Below are positions 1-10,900 of a stretch of 64,000 nucleotides of DNA, one piece after another (the first letter of the stretch is position 1; each line of letters opens with the position of its first letter). Made by a program: the position numbers and the translations under genes. Below the pieces are notes generated by a model that searched no databases, was not told the DNA's origin, and saw only the letters and a program-made list of their open reading frames with translations. The stretch is from Myxococcota bacterium (lineage in GTDB: Bacteria > Myxococcota_A > UBA796 > CAJQPC01), in the NCBI GenBank assembly GCA_036012755.1, contig DASCPX010000129.1:224001-288000 (forward strand). The letters are read 5' to 3'.

Positions 1-482
1 TAGGCGCTGGCGTCCGTGTCGTCGCAGTCGGTGGCGTCGTCGACGTAGCCGTTGGCTCCATCGCAGCTCTGGCTCGACACCGACGCATCCCCGAAGCCGT
101 CCCGATCCACGTCCGCGTACCAGAGGTCGCCCACCGCGTCGTCTTCCTCGCCGTTGCAGTCGTTGTCGAGGCCGTCGCAGACCTCTGTGGCGTCCGGGTT
201 GGTGGCGGCGTCGAGGTCGTCACAGTCATCGGCTTCGAGGAAGCCGTCGCCGTCGAGGTCGTCGTCCGGTGTGGTCTCGTCGCAGTCGTCGTCGAGGCCG
301 TTGTAGGGGATCTCGGAGGCCCCCGGGTAGACCGCCGAGTTCGTGTCGTCGCAGTCGTCTTCCTCGTAGAAGCCGTCGCCGTCCGCGTCGACCGGGGCGT
401 CACCGGTGTCCTCTGGGATGATCCCGGAGTCGGGGTCGGAGTCCTTGTTGCGGCAGGCGAGGCAGAGCAGGACGAGCAGCAT
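1..482 (-). CDS. Putative lipoprotein with Asp/Cys-rich MopE-like (putative metal-binding motif) repeats; runs off the window start
   Basis: Manual translation from ATG at 482: MLLVLLCLACRNKDSDPDSG...DADGDGFYEEDDCDDTNSAVYPGASEIPYNGLDDDCD. Not in the ORF track because it has no stop inside the window. Confidence 0.8.
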   Translation of the reverse strand, partial: MLLVLLCLACRNKDSDPDSGIIPEDTGDAPVDADGDGFYEEDDCDDTNSAVYPGASEIPYNGLDDDCDETTPDDDLDGDGFLEADDCDDLDAATNPDATEVCDGLDNDCNGEEDDAVGDLWYADVDRDGFGDASVSSQSCDGANGYVDDATDCDDTDASA

Positions 483-498
483 CCGGAGAGCATAGCGC

Positions 499-2034
499 TC
501 AGGGCGTATCGGAGACCTGGTCGTAGTCGTCGTCGCCCCAGCACTTCAGCTCTCCTCCGGTCGTGATGGCGCAGCTGTGGTCGTCACCCGAGCAGACCGA
601 GGTGAAGCTGCCAGAGGGAGCGTCGGAGACCTGGTCGTAGTCGTCGTCCCCCCAGCAATCCAGCGTGCCGGTTCCGGAGACCGCGCAGCTGTGGTCGTCG
701 CCGGCTGCGATGGACACCCAGCCCTTGGAGCTCGGCGCGCCGTCGATGCCAGCGCCGATGCCGAAGCACTCGACGGCGCCGTCGGTCTTCAGGGCGCAGG
801 CGTGCAGGCCGCCGCCGACCGAGATCGCCTGGTAGGTCCCGGAGGGTGGCTCCGGGTCGCTCGTGCCCCAGCAGACCAGCTCCTGGTCGTCGTCGATGGC
901 GCAGGCGAAGTAGAAGCCCACGCCCACCTTCTCGAAGCTCCCCGAGGGCTCGTAGGTGATGCCGTATTCGCTGACACCCCAGCACTTCAGATCGCCGTCG
1001 TCGTCGAGAACGCAGCCGTTGGCGTAGGTGCCGACGGCCACCTGCGCGTAGGTCCCCGAGGGGGCGCTCTCCATGCCGCCGACCGAGGCGCCCCAGCAAT
1101 CCAGGGCGTCGGAGCTGTCGAGCACGCAGTCGAAGTAGCCCCCTGACGCCAGCTGGTTCACCGGGTCCGACGGGGGGCTGCCGATGCCGTCGTAGCCCCA
1201 GCAGTGGACCTTGCCCGAGGACTTCAGCGCGCAGTTGTGATCGTCGTCGCCGCAGGACACGGCGCGCCAGCCGCAGCCGTCCCCGTAGGGGAACAGCTCG
1301 TCGTCGTCGTCGTCGCAGTCGGTGCCGGCCTCGACGCCGCTGCGCGGGCGGTCCGAGCCGTAGCCGTCTCCATCGGCGTCGGTCATGCAAGCCGTGGCGC
1401 TGTCCTCTTCCGCGGCCCCTGGCGCGGTCCGGCGGTCCCCATCGTCGCAGTCCCCGTCGCAGGAGCTGATCCCGTCGCCGTCCTCGTCGAGCTGTCCCAG
1501 ATCCGGGTCCTCGTCGTCGCAGTCGTCGTCGGTCGTCGTGCCGTCGCAGTCGGCGTCCTCTGCCAGCGCCGTCGACTCGGGGTCGTAGTCGTCGCAGTCC
1601 TCGGCCGTCAGGAGCCCATCGCAGTCCATGTCGGCGGCCTGGTCTCCGAGCTCGGGGTCGTAGTCGTCACAGTCCGCGTCCGCGAGTACGCCGTCGCAGT
1701 CCTGGTCGTTCTCGGGATCGGTCACGTCGGGATCGTCGTCGTCGCAGTCGCCTTCGCAGGTGGTGAGGCCGTCTGCGTCCAGGTCGTCGTGGTTGAGCGA
1801 GGCGTCTTCGTCGTCGCAGTCGTCGCCGCCGCTCCAGTCCGAGGCCCAGCCGTCCCCGTCTCCGTCGAAGCCGTCGACGCCGTCGCAGTTCTGGTCGATG
1901 GCGTCGCCCACCACGTCGGTGGCCTCTGGGTTGATCGCCCCGTTGTCGTCGTTGCAGTCGCCCTGCCGGATCGTGAAGCCGTCGGCATCGGCGTCGAGGG
2001 GTGTCCCGCCCCAGCAGGCCAAGAGGAGTAGCAT
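499..2034 (-). CDS. Lipoprotein with MopE-like DCDD repeats and C-terminal RCC1-like beta-propeller repeats
   Basis: MLLLLAC start, DCNDDNGAINPEATD/DCDD repeats, then repeated G-x-x-H-x-C-A...G-x-L-x-C-W-G units. Confidence 0.8.
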   Translation of the reverse strand: MLLLLACWGGTPLDADADGFTIRQGDCNDDNGAINPEATDVVGDAIDQNCDGVDGFDGDGDGWASDWSGGDDCDDEDASLNHDDLDADGLTTCEGDCDDDDPDVTDPENDQDCDGVLADADCDDYDPELGDQAADMDCDGLLTAEDCDDYDPESTALAEDADCDGTTTDDDCDDEDPDLGQLDEDGDGISSCDGDCDDGDRRTAPGAAEEDSATACMTDADGDGYGSDRPRSGVEAGTDCDDDDDELFPYGDGCGWRAVSCGDDDHNCALKSSGKVHCWGYDGIGSPPSDPVNQLASGGYFDCVLDSSDALDCWGASVGGMESAPSGTYAQVAVGTYANGCVLDDDGDLKCWGVSEYGITYEPSGSFEKVGVGFYFACAIDDDQELVCWGTSDPEPPSGTYQAISVGGGLHACALKTDGAVECFGIGAGIDGAPSSKGWVSIAAGDDHSCAVSGTGTLDCWGDDDYDQVSDAPSGSFTSVCSGDDHSCAITTGGELKCWGDDDYDQVSDTP

Positions 2035-2143
2035 CGCCTGCGATTGTATCTGCGGCGGGGCTGCGGCTCGCCTGAGCCGAACCCAACGTTGACGTCCTCG
2101 AACACGACATTAAGTGGCCCCCCCATTCCACGGAGGTACCGCG

Positions 2144-3079
2144 ATGATCGAGGTCTCCAGCCTCACCCGCTACTACGGCACCCACGCCGCGGTGAAGGAC
2201 GCCAGCTTCACGATCGCCGACAACGAGATCGTGGGTTTCCTCGGCCTCAATGGCGCGGGCAAGTCGACGACGCTGAAGGTGCTGGCGGGGCTGCTGTTGC
2301 CCTCCAGCGGCAGCGTGAAGATCGACGGCGTCGACATCGTGCAGGCTCCGGACTCGATGCGGAGCCGGATCGGCTTCCTGCCGGAAGACACGCCCCTGTA
2401 CATGGACATGCGGGTCGAGGACTTCGTCTCCTACGCCGGGGAGCTCAAGGGCCTGTCCGCGGCGGAGGTGGCCAGTCGCCTCGACGGGGTGCTCGCTCAC
2501 ACCGGTCTGACCGTGCGCCGGCGCCAGGTGATCAGCGAGCTGTCCCATGGCTTCCGCAAGCGCGTGGGCATCGCCCAGGCCGTCATCCACGGCCCCAGGC
2601 TGGTCATCCTCGACGAGCCGATCTCTGGCCTCGATCCCAAGCAGATCCGAGAGATTCGCGAGGTCATCGTGGGCCTCAAGGAGTCCTGCACGGTCCTGAT
2701 CTCCAGCCACATCCTCTCGGAGATCAGCCAGACCTGTGACCGCATCCTGGTCCTGAACGAGGGTCGCCTCATCGCAGAGGGCACAGAGGACGAGCTCGCC
2801 TCTCGCACCGCCGCGGGCAGCCGCATCGAGCTGGAGATCCGGGGCGAGCGGGCCGCGGTCGAGGCAGTCCTCAGAGGCCACGCCGCGGTCCAGAACCTCA
2901 GCGTCACCGGTGACGCCGGCGGCATCGTCTCCTTGCGCGTCACGCTCGAGGCGGACGAAGAGCGGGAGTCCCTCGTCGCCCACATCGTCAGCTCCGGCCT
3001 GGGTCTGCGCCGCATCGACGAGGACGCCGGCGAGCTCGAAGACATCTTCCTGAACATCACTTCCGCGGGGGCCGCATGA
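2144..3079 (+). CDS. ABC transporter ATP-binding protein (GldA-like)
   Basis: Walker A GLNGAGKST, signature LSHGF, Walker B ILDEP, H-loop SSH; GGAGG upstream of ATG 2144. Confidence 0.9.
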   Translation: MIEVSSLTRYYGTHAAVKDASFTIADNEIVGFLGLNGAGKSTTLKVLAGLLLPSSGSVKIDGVDIVQAPDSMRSRIGFLPEDTPLYMDMRVEDFVSYAGELKGLSAAEVASRLDGVLAHTGLTVRRRQVISELSHGFRKRVGIAQAVIHGPRLVILDEPISGLDPKQIREIREVIVGLKESCTVLISSHILSEISQTCDRILVLNEGRLIAEGTEDELASRTAAGSRIELEIRGERAAVEAVLRGHAAVQNLSVTGDAGGIVSLRVTLEADEERESLVAHIVSSGLGLRRIDEDAGELEDIFLNITSAGAA

Positions 3080-3801
3080 GAGGCCTGTTCCTCGTCGCCA
3101 GGAGGGAGCTCGGCTCCTACCTCAACGGCTACTGGGGCTTCCTGATCGTCTCGGTCCTGCTCTTCGGGCAGGGGCTCATCTTCAATGCCTTCGCCCTCGG
3201 CTCGACCCCCCGGGTGAGCTCTGACGTGCTCGAGGACTTCTTCTACCTCAGCTTCGGCTTCACCGTGGCCGCCGCCGTGCTGCTCACGATGCGGCTCGTC
3301 GCCGAGGAGCAGCAGACCGGCACGATCGTGCTCATCGACTCCAGCCCGCTCTCGGACTGGCAGGTGGTCGGCGGCAAGTACCTCTCCGCCGTGCTCGTCA
3401 TCGCGGTCATGCTGGCGCTGTCCGCCTACATGCCGGCGCTGATCTTCGTCAACGGCAAGGTCAGCCTCGGGCACATCGGCGCCGGCTACCTCGGCGTGCT
3501 GCTCGCCGGCTCGGCGACCGCCGCCATCGGCACCTTCACCTCCAGCATCACCCGCTACCAGATCGTCGCCGCCATCCTGGGCGGAGTCATCGTCTTCGTC
3601 TTCCTCCTTGCCTGGCTGCTCGGGCGCGTGACGGACCCGCCGATCGACGACATCTGGTCCTACATGAGCCTCTTCGACCGGCACTTCCAGCCCTTCATGC
3701 GGGGCCGGATCAACGTCGAGGACATCGTCTTCTACGTATCGGTGAGCTTCGTGTTCCTCTTGCTCTCGACTCGCTTGATGAGCGCGAGGAGGTGGCGATG
3801 A
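3076..3801 (+). CDS. ABC-2 type permease (GldF-like)
   Basis: Multiple TM segments, LTMRLVAEEQQTGT motif; ATGA overlap with the ATPase gene. Confidence 0.85.
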   Translation: MRGLFLVARRELGSYLNGYWGFLIVSVLLFGQGLIFNAFALGSTPRVSSDVLEDFFYLSFGFTVAAAVLLTMRLVAEEQQTGTIVLIDSSPLSDWQVVGGKYLSAVLVIAVMLALSAYMPALIFVNGKVSLGHIGAGYLGVLLAGSATAAIGTFTSSITRYQIVAAILGGVIVFVFLLAWLLGRVTDPPIDDIWSYMSLFDRHFQPFMRGRINVEDIVFYVSVSFVFLLLSTRLMSARRWR

Positions 3802-5633
3802 GCCCCTCCTTCATCCTGACGCTCGTCGGCCTGGCCGGCCTCTACGCTGGCCAGCGTCTGTTCTCGGGCGACGATTCCATGGAGATGGCCTTCACCGGAC
3901 TCGGCGGGCTGCTGCTGGTCCTTGGCCTCTTCTTCCGTTTCAAGGCGATGGCTGGCGCGAGCGCGGCCGACATCCGCGGAGCCAACCAGAAGGCCCTGAT
4001 CTTCAACGGCGTCGTTGTCGCCGCGGTCGCCGTCTACGCCCTGTCGACCGACTCCGCGTCCGAGCTCATCGCTCTCGACGACCAGGCAGCCAGCCGCTGG
4101 TCCGTCGCCTGGTCAGCCGTCTGGCCGATCGTGCTGCTCGCGGGTCTGTTCCCGCTCCTGCTCATCGATCTCGCCATCGTCTCGAGCCCCCTGGCCGTGC
4201 AGCCCTTGCGGGTGAAGCAGGCCATCGACAACGGCCTCGTAGGCGCGCTCGGCCTCTGCCTGGTGTTCCCGCTGAACTACCTGGCCACCGAGCACAACGA
4301 GCGCTGGGACCTGGCCTACTTCAAGACCACGGAGGTCGGGGGCTCCAGCCAGGCGCTGGTCACGAACCTCACCGAGCCGGTCACGGCGCGCATCTTCCTG
4401 CCCACCTCCTCCGACGTGCGCAGCGAGCTCGTTCCCTACTTCGAGGAGCTGGAGGCCGCGAACCCGGCGATGTTCCGGGTCGAGGTGCTCGACCACGCCG
4501 CCGAGCCGGTCCTGGCCAAGGAGCTCAAGATCCGCGACAACGGCTACGTCGCGCTGACCCTGAACGACGGGACCGACGACGCGGTCACGAAGTCCTGGAA
4601 GATCGGCGACGAGCTCGACCGCGCCAAGCGCAACCTGAAGAAGCTGGACCAGGAGTTCCAGAAGCGCCTGCTCGACCTGGCGAAGGGTGAGCGCAAGGCC
4701 TACTTCACCGTCGGCCACGGCGAGTTCAACTGGAAGTCCGGTGACCTGCCGGACGACAAGCTGGTCAACCTCAAGAAGCTCCTCCAGACGCTGAACTTCG
4801 ACGTGAAGGAGCTCGGCTTGAAGGATGGGCTGGGCGACGAGATCCCGGACGACGCCACGGTGGTCTTCGTGGTCGGTCCGGAGGAGCCCTTTCTCCCCGC
4901 CGAGAACGAGGCGCTGAAGGCCTACATCGACGGCGGCGGCGCCCTCGTCGTGGCTGTCGAGCCCGGTCGCGACCCGATGGTCGAGGTGCTCGGCCATGTC
5001 GGCGTGAAGGCTGCGGAGGGCACCCTCGCCAGCGAGGCCCAGTTCCTGCGGCGCTCGGGTGACAAGTCCGACCGCATGAACATCGTCACGAATCGCTACT
5101 CCTCGCACGAGTCGACGACCACGCTCTCCAAGTACAGCCGCCAGCTCCACCTCGTCACGCCGGGAGCCGGCTACCTCGAGGAGTCCGGCGGCGGCCGCGG
5201 CAAGGTCACTGTCACGGTGCGCTCGGACAGCACGACCTGGGCGGACCTCGACGGCGGCCTGGAGTACGACGCCGAGACCGAGAAGAAGGACGTCCGCGCC
5301 CTCGCCATGGCCGCCAGCGGTCCTGCGGGCACCGACGACGAGGGCAACCCGACCGAGTACCGGGTGCTGGTGACCTCTGACGCGACGATGTTCTCGGACC
5401 TCATCCTGGCCAACAAGGCCAACCTCCAGTTCGTCTACGACGCCGCCAACTGGGTGATGGGTGAGGAGGAGCTCTCAGGCACCGTGGAGAATGAAGAGGA
5501 CATCAAGATCGAGCACACCCAGGAAGACCAGGCGATCTGGTTCTACAGCACGGTCATGGGCCTCCCCCTCATCATCCTGATGCTCGGCGCCGTGCGAGTC
5601 CGCCGTCGCCGCAGCGCCGGAGGTGCAGCATGA
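3798..5633 (+). CDS. GldG-family ABC auxiliary component
   Basis: N-terminal TMs, RWDL, YFTVGHGE, YIDGGG, C-terminal TM; ATGA overlap. Confidence 0.8.
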   Translation: MSPSFILTLVGLAGLYAGQRLFSGDDSMEMAFTGLGGLLLVLGLFFRFKAMAGASAADIRGANQKALIFNGVVVAAVAVYALSTDSASELIALDDQAASRWSVAWSAVWPIVLLAGLFPLLLIDLAIVSSPLAVQPLRVKQAIDNGLVGALGLCLVFPLNYLATEHNERWDLAYFKTTEVGGSSQALVTNLTEPVTARIFLPTSSDVRSELVPYFEELEAANPAMFRVEVLDHAAEPVLAKELKIRDNGYVALTLNDGTDDAVTKSWKIGDELDRAKRNLKKLDQEFQKRLLDLAKGERKAYFTVGHGEFNWKSGDLPDDKLVNLKKLLQTLNFDVKELGLKDGLGDEIPDDATVVFVVGPEEPFLPAENEALKAYIDGGGALVVAVEPGRDPMVEVLGHVGVKAAEGTLASEAQFLRRSGDKSDRMNIVTNRYSSHESTTTLSKYSRQLHLVTPGAGYLEESGGGRGKVTVTVRSDSTTWADLDGGLEYDAETEKKDVRALAMAASGPAGTDDEGNPTEYRVLVTSDATMFSDLILANKANLQFVYDAANWVMGEEELSGTVENEEDIKIEHTQEDQAIWFYSTVMGLPLIILMLGAVRVRRRRSAGGAA

Positions 5634-6760
5634 GCAAGCAGGTCATCGTCCTCGGGGTCTGCCTCGGGGCCGCCCTCGTCTGCAGCTACCTCTCCTGGAC
5701 CTCCGAGGAGGGCACGGACGAAGACGACACCATCGTCATGCTCGACGCCGACCTCGAGGACATCGAGAAGGTCACCTGGGACAGCGAGAAGCTCGACGTC
5801 GTCCTCGTCGGAAAGAGCGACGAGCGCGGCGACTATCTCTGGGTCACCACCACCGAGCGAAAGCGGGTGCCCAAGGAGAAGTCCCACGACAACCCCGATC
5901 CGGAGGCTGGGGACCCGACCGAGCACGACGGGATCGAGGGCAACGAGGACGACGGGACCGAGGGCCAGGAGCCCCCGGAGCCGCCCGAGCTGCCCGAAGA
6001 GGACGAGTACGAGGACAAGGTCAAGCACTTCAAGGCTGGCGGTGCCGGGGACGACCTCCTCACCTCCCTCGCTCCGATGGAGGCCGCGCGCGTGCTCTCC
6101 GGCGTCGGAGAGGACAAGTACGAGGACTTCGGTCTGACCGAGCCCGACGCGACGCTCACGGTCCAGCGCAAGGGCAAGGAGGCCAAGGTCTTCAAGATCG
6201 GCGGAGAGGCCTACGGAACCCGCGATCGCTACGTGCTCGACACGGGCGAGGGGAACGTCTACCTCGTCGACCAGGACCTGCTGAGGCCGCTCAAGTACGC
6301 GACCACGCGGCTCCCCGACCGGAACCTCACAGAGCTCGGGAAGGCGGAGATCACGCGGGTGAGCCTGTCGACGATCTGCGAGCCGCTGGAGACGGACTGC
6401 GAGGGCGTGACGGTGGAACTCGAGCAGCAGAACGCCCAGGACAAGGACAACGCCTTCTGGGCCCCTGTCGGGAGCGACGAGCCCAGCGAGACGGCGGAAG
6501 CCTGGCTGGACAAGGCCCTTGGCCTGAAGTCGGCCTCCTACGTCCAGGATGAGGACCAGCCGATCGAGATCGCGCCGAAGCTCCACCTCATCGTCCAGGA
6601 CGACGAGACCGTGACGACCATCGAGATCAGCCGCGGCGTGAACCCGGACGGCGACGAGACCTGGTACGCCCGCAGCGAGCACACCAGAGAGCTCGTGCGT
6701 CTACACCGGACCCAGGCCAGCGAGGTCGTCGAGGACGTGGAGAGCGTGCTCGATATCTAG
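5630..6760 (+). CDS. DUF4340-like periplasmic/membrane-anchored protein
   Basis: N-terminal anchor, FGLTEP and FKIGG...YV...VYLV pattern; usual fourth gene of Gld-like operons. Confidence 0.7.
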   Translation: MSKQVIVLGVCLGAALVCSYLSWTSEEGTDEDDTIVMLDADLEDIEKVTWDSEKLDVVLVGKSDERGDYLWVTTTERKRVPKEKSHDNPDPEAGDPTEHDGIEGNEDDGTEGQEPPEPPELPEEDEYEDKVKHFKAGGAGDDLLTSLAPMEAARVLSGVGEDKYEDFGLTEPDATLTVQRKGKEAKVFKIGGEAYGTRDRYVLDTGEGNVYLVDQDLLRPLKYATTRLPDRNLTELGKAEITRVSLSTICEPLETDCEGVTVELEQQNAQDKDNAFWAPVGSDEPSETAEAWLDKALGLKSASYVQDEDQPIEIAPKLHLIVQDDETVTTIEISRGVNPDGDETWYARSEHTRELVRLHRTQASEVVEDVESVLDI

Positions 6761-6815
6761 ACGCTGTTTGCCCTCAGCTGGACCCGGACGCCGCTGGTGA
6801 TGCAGGCAAGCAGGA

Positions 6816-7187
6816 TCACGGCTCGTGCCCCAAGCAGGTCCCAATGATCGGCTTCTTGAACAGGATCCAGATCCCCCAGAGAGCCAGCGGCGTCGAGCAG
6901 AAGCCGATGGTGCTCACCCCCAGGGTCAACACCGACATCGCCCACGCCCAGCGGGACAGTGAGGGGATCCAGAACACGGCGACCCCGTGCATCGCGGCCA
7001 TCAGGACCAGCACCCCCGCCGTGATCCAGAGCGGTGGTGCGCTGGCAGGGTCCGCCTCGACCTGCACGTTCGAGTTGGCCAGCGTGATCAACGCGAGCAC
7101 GAGCCAGTAGGCAGCCAGACCACCCAGGATCCAGCGCACCTTCACGAGGAGGCCTTGGCGGGCCTCCCAGGAATCACTCGGCTCCAA
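6816..7187 (-). CDS. Hypothetical membrane protein (start uncertain)
   Basis: Three to four hydrophobic segments; follows the PP2C gene. Confidence 0.5.
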   Translation of the reverse strand: MEPSDSWEARQGLLVKVRWILGGLAAYWLVLALITLANSNVQVEADPASAPPLWITAGVLVLMAAMHGVAVFWIPSLSRWAWAMSVLTLGVSTIGFCSTPLALWGIWILFKKPIIGTCLGHEP

Positions 7188-7953
7188 CGACCACGACCAT
7201 CACGGTCACGTTGTCGTCGCCGCCGCGGCGCAGCGCCTCCTGGACCAGCGTGTCGGCGAGGTCGTCAGGGTGAGTGCGTCCGCAGAGCATCTCGATCTCG
7301 CGATCCTCCAGCGGGTCGGTGAGGCCATCCGAACAGAGCACGATCAGGTCCCCGGGGTTGATGGCGCGGGTGGAGGTGTCCGGGTCGACCGGGCCGTGCA
7401 CGCCGACCGACTTCGTCAGGATGTTCTTGTGCGGCACGATCCGCGCCAGCTCCGCGGTCAGCCGCCCGGCGTCGACCTCTTGCTGCACGATCGTGTGGTC
7501 GCGGGTCAGACGGACCAGGCGCTCGTCCCGGTAGAGGTAGGCGCGGGAGTCGCCGACGTGGGCGAGGTGCGCGTTGTCCCCGTCGACCACGAGCACCACC
7601 AGCGTGGTGCCCATCCCGGCCATTGTCGGGTTCTCCTCGGCTTGCCTGCGGATGCTCACCGCGGCCTGGTTCATGGCGTAGCGGAGGCGCTCCCGCATTG
7701 CGTCGTCCGGGTCGTCGACCGCCTGGGCGAGCATCGTCTCGTCCGGGTCCTGTGACGCGAGCAGCACCGAGCGCACGGTCTCGACCGCGACCGAGCTGGC
7801 GATCTCTCCCGCGGCGTGTCCACCCATGCCGTCGGCGACGACGAAGAGGCCTCCCTCGATGTCGATGAGCCAGGCATCTTCGTTGTTCTCCCTGACCGGC
7901 CCGACGTCTGTCGCGGCATAGGCCTCTATTTGGAGGTGTCTCGACTTTTCCAA
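7174..7953 (-). CDS. PP2C-family Ser/Thr protein phosphatase
   Basis: C-terminal part of ORF 7174..10710: TDVGPVRENNED, VADGMGGH, HVGDSRAY, LCSDGL, GGDDNVT. Start placed at TTG 7953, preceded by GGAAGGGA. Confidence 0.9.
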   Translation of the reverse strand: MEKSRHLQIEAYAATDVGPVRENNEDAWLIDIEGGLFVVADGMGGHAAGEIASSVAVETVRSVLLASQDPDETMLAQAVDDPDDAMRERLRYAMNQAAVSIRRQAEENPTMAGMGTTLVVLVVDGDNAHLAHVGDSRAYLYRDERLVRLTRDHTIVQQEVDAGRLTAELARIVPHKNILTKSVGVHGPVDPDTSTRAINPGDLIVLCSDGLTDPLEDREIEMLCGRTHPDDLADTLVQEALRRGGDDNVTVMVVVVGAE

Positions 7954-7998
7954 GCGGTCCCTTCCGAGATACGGGCTGACTATAGACTGGCCGGGTTC

Positions 7999-10900
7999 TT
8001 GTCCCATCCCTTCCATGCCAACGAGCCCGAAGCGGGCAGTTCGATCGGACCCTACCGGGTGCGAGCGCTCTTGGGGCGTGGCGGCATGGCCACCGTGCTG
8101 GAGGTGGAGGACACGCGGGATGGCTCGATCCGGGCGCTGAAGCTCCTCCACTCGGAGCTCGCAGACGAAGAGGTCCAGGCGCGCTTCGACGTCGAGTTCC
8201 GCACCCTGTCCGCGCTGGAGTCCCCAAACATCCTGCGGGTCTACGAGGCCGGCGTCCACGATGGCCTGCCCTGGTTCACGATGGACAAGCTCGATGGGCA
8301 CGATCTTCGCCGTGAAGTCGACGGGTGGCGGGACCTCCCCCCGAGTGAGCGCTTCACCCGCGCCGAGTCCATCCTCGCCGACGTCGCCGACGCCCTCGCG
8401 TACATCCACGAGCGAGGCCTGGTCCATCGTGACGTGACCCCGGGGAACGTCATGATCGTCGACGGCCGCGGGATGCTCACGGACTTCGGAGTCGTGCACA
8501 CTCCGGGAGCCGAGCTCACGACGGTCGGTGAGATGGTGGGCACTGTCAGCTACATCGCGCCGGAGCAGATCTCCAGCGAGGTGAACGGGGGCAAGGTCGA
8601 CAGTCGAGCGGATCTCTACGCCCTCGGAGGTGTGCTCTACCTCATGCTCACCGGGCGTCGTCCCTTCACCGCGACGACCATTCCGAGCCTCCTCGAGAAG
8701 CAGCTCCATGCTGCGCCCCGTCCCCCTCGAGACGTGGCCCCCACGGTGCCAGCCCACCTCGACGAGATCTGCCTGCGACTGCTCGAGAAGGACCCGGCGC
8801 AGCGCTACGGATCGGCACGGCACCTCCTCTCGATCCTCGATCGGCGGGCCGCGGCGCTGGAGCATGTCGACCTCCGCCACTGGCCGCCTCGCCTGGTCGG
8901 TCGCACGGGGGAGCTCTCCGTGCTCCGAGAGGCCCTCTCCGCCCTGGCCGCGAGCCGAGGCGGCGCCGTGCTGGTCGAGGCTCCGAGCGGCTTCGGGAAG
9001 GCGCGGCTCTTGGAGGCCGTGCTGGACCAGGCCCGCGAGCTTGGCCTGCCGGTCGCCAGGGGCCGGTGCACTCCTGGCGAGACGTGGACGGGCTTTCGCG
9101 GTGTGCTGGAGGATCTGGCGCCGCCGGAGCTCCCAGCCGCGTTGTCGGTGGCCTTCAGCGACGCCGAGGGCGAGATCAGCCAGTACCAGGTCCACGCGGC
9201 CTTCCGCGACCTGCTGCGCGCGGAGCTGCCTCGAGTGGTCGTCCTCGACAAGCTGGAGCGGGCCGATCGGGGCACCCTGGCGCTCCTGGACTTCCTCGCG
9301 CGAAACCACCTGTTCCTCGCCGATGACCCTGTGTTGTTCATCCTGGCCCGCCGCGCGCTGGAGACGACGGACAGCGATCCGCTCGGAGAGCTGCTCGAGG
9401 ACGGGCTCATCGAGAGGGTCCCGCTGCTGCCGATCAGCGTCACCGCGGTCGAGGAACTCCTGCTCCAGCTCATCCCGGCCGACAGCCGTGCCCGAACCCT
9501 CGCCCAGCGTCTCCACCGCGAGGGAGAGGGCAACCTCCACTTCATCGGCGAGATGATCCATGGCCTCGTCGACCAGGGCGTCATCACGGAGGAGGCTCCG
9601 GGTCGCTACGTGCTCGGCCTGGAGATCAGTCACGTCTCGCGGGCGCGCCTGCCGATCCCGTCGTCGATTCGAGAGGCCCTCGAGGAGCGCCTCTCGGCCT
9701 TGCGGCCTGCCGCGCTCCAGGTCGCCGAGGCGCTCGCCCTGTGTCGCCACGAGGTCGCGCTGGAGGTCCTCGAAGAGGCGCTGTCGCTGCCAGAGGAGAG
9801 GGTGCTCGCGCTCTTGGAGGAGCTCCTCGACCACCACGTCGTGCGCACCCGTGTCGTCGGGCTCGACGAGCTCTACGACCTGGCCCAGGCTCGCTTGCGC
9901 GATGTCCTGGTCCAGCGCGCCGATCCACTCCGGGCCCGGCAGCTCCACCGCCGACTTGGGTGCGCGCTCGAGCGTCTGTACCGCCACCAGCTCTCGACCG
10001 TCCTGGAGAGCATCGCCTTCCACTTCGAGCAGGGCGAGGTGCCCGCGAAGGCCTACCCCTACCTGGTCCAGGCGGGTCGGCGGCTCCAGGAGCGCAGCTT
10101 CGTCATCGAGTCCAAGGAGTTCTACGAGCGCGCTCTGTCCCTCGAGCCAGAGGCTCGGGAGTTCATGACGCTCGAGTCGGCGGATCGGCAGCTCGCGGAG
10201 CTCCGCCTGGTCACGGGCCAGGTCGAGTTCCACCTGGGGGACTGGACACGAGCCGAAGAGGAGGTTCGCGCCGCGGACGCGCTCGCCAGGGAGATCGACG
10301 ACGATCGCCTGCGCACCCGTACGCTGGCGGAGCTGGGCACCCTGGCTCGCCGCCAGGGCCGTGTCGACCAGGCCGAGGCCTGCCTCAAGGAGGCCCTGTT
10401 GCTCGCCACGACCCTTGGTGAACCGCGCCTGCGGATGGCCCCGCTGCTCGGACTCGCCGGCGTGCGCTGGAGTCACGGGGACCTTGGCGGTGCCCGCCAG
10501 ATCTGGCTCGAGGCGATGGTGGCCGCCAACGCCGCTCGGAGCGACGTCAACCGGGCTCGTGCGCTCAACGGCCTGGGCCTCGTGGCCCTCTGTCGCGGCC
10601 AGGCTGCCGACGCCCGACGGCACCTCGAAGAAGCCGCAGATGTCTTCGGGCGGCTCGGCAAGCTCTCCCCCCTCGTCGTCGCCCGGGTCAACCTCGTCGA
10701 GCTGTACCACTGCACCGGGAACCTGAGAAAGGGACTCAAGCTCGCCGATCGGACCATCTCCCAGGCCAGGGAGATTCGCTACACCTACGGCGTCGCCCTC
10801 GGTCTCCAGTACCGCTCGATGATCCTCGTTGACGTCGGTCGGCTCGCGGAGGCAGAGGAGAACGCGACGGAGGCCATGCGCATCATCTCCACCTTCGAGG

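Noticed and set aside
509..660. Direct repeat cggagacctggtcgtagtcgtcgtc
   Set aside because: Two copies within coding RCC1-like repeats; not a CRISPR array.
7954..10710. Apparent 1178-aa protein ending in a PP2C domain
   Set aside because: The upstream roughly 900 codons are the antisense shadow of the kinase gene; only 7174-7953 has phosphatase motifs.
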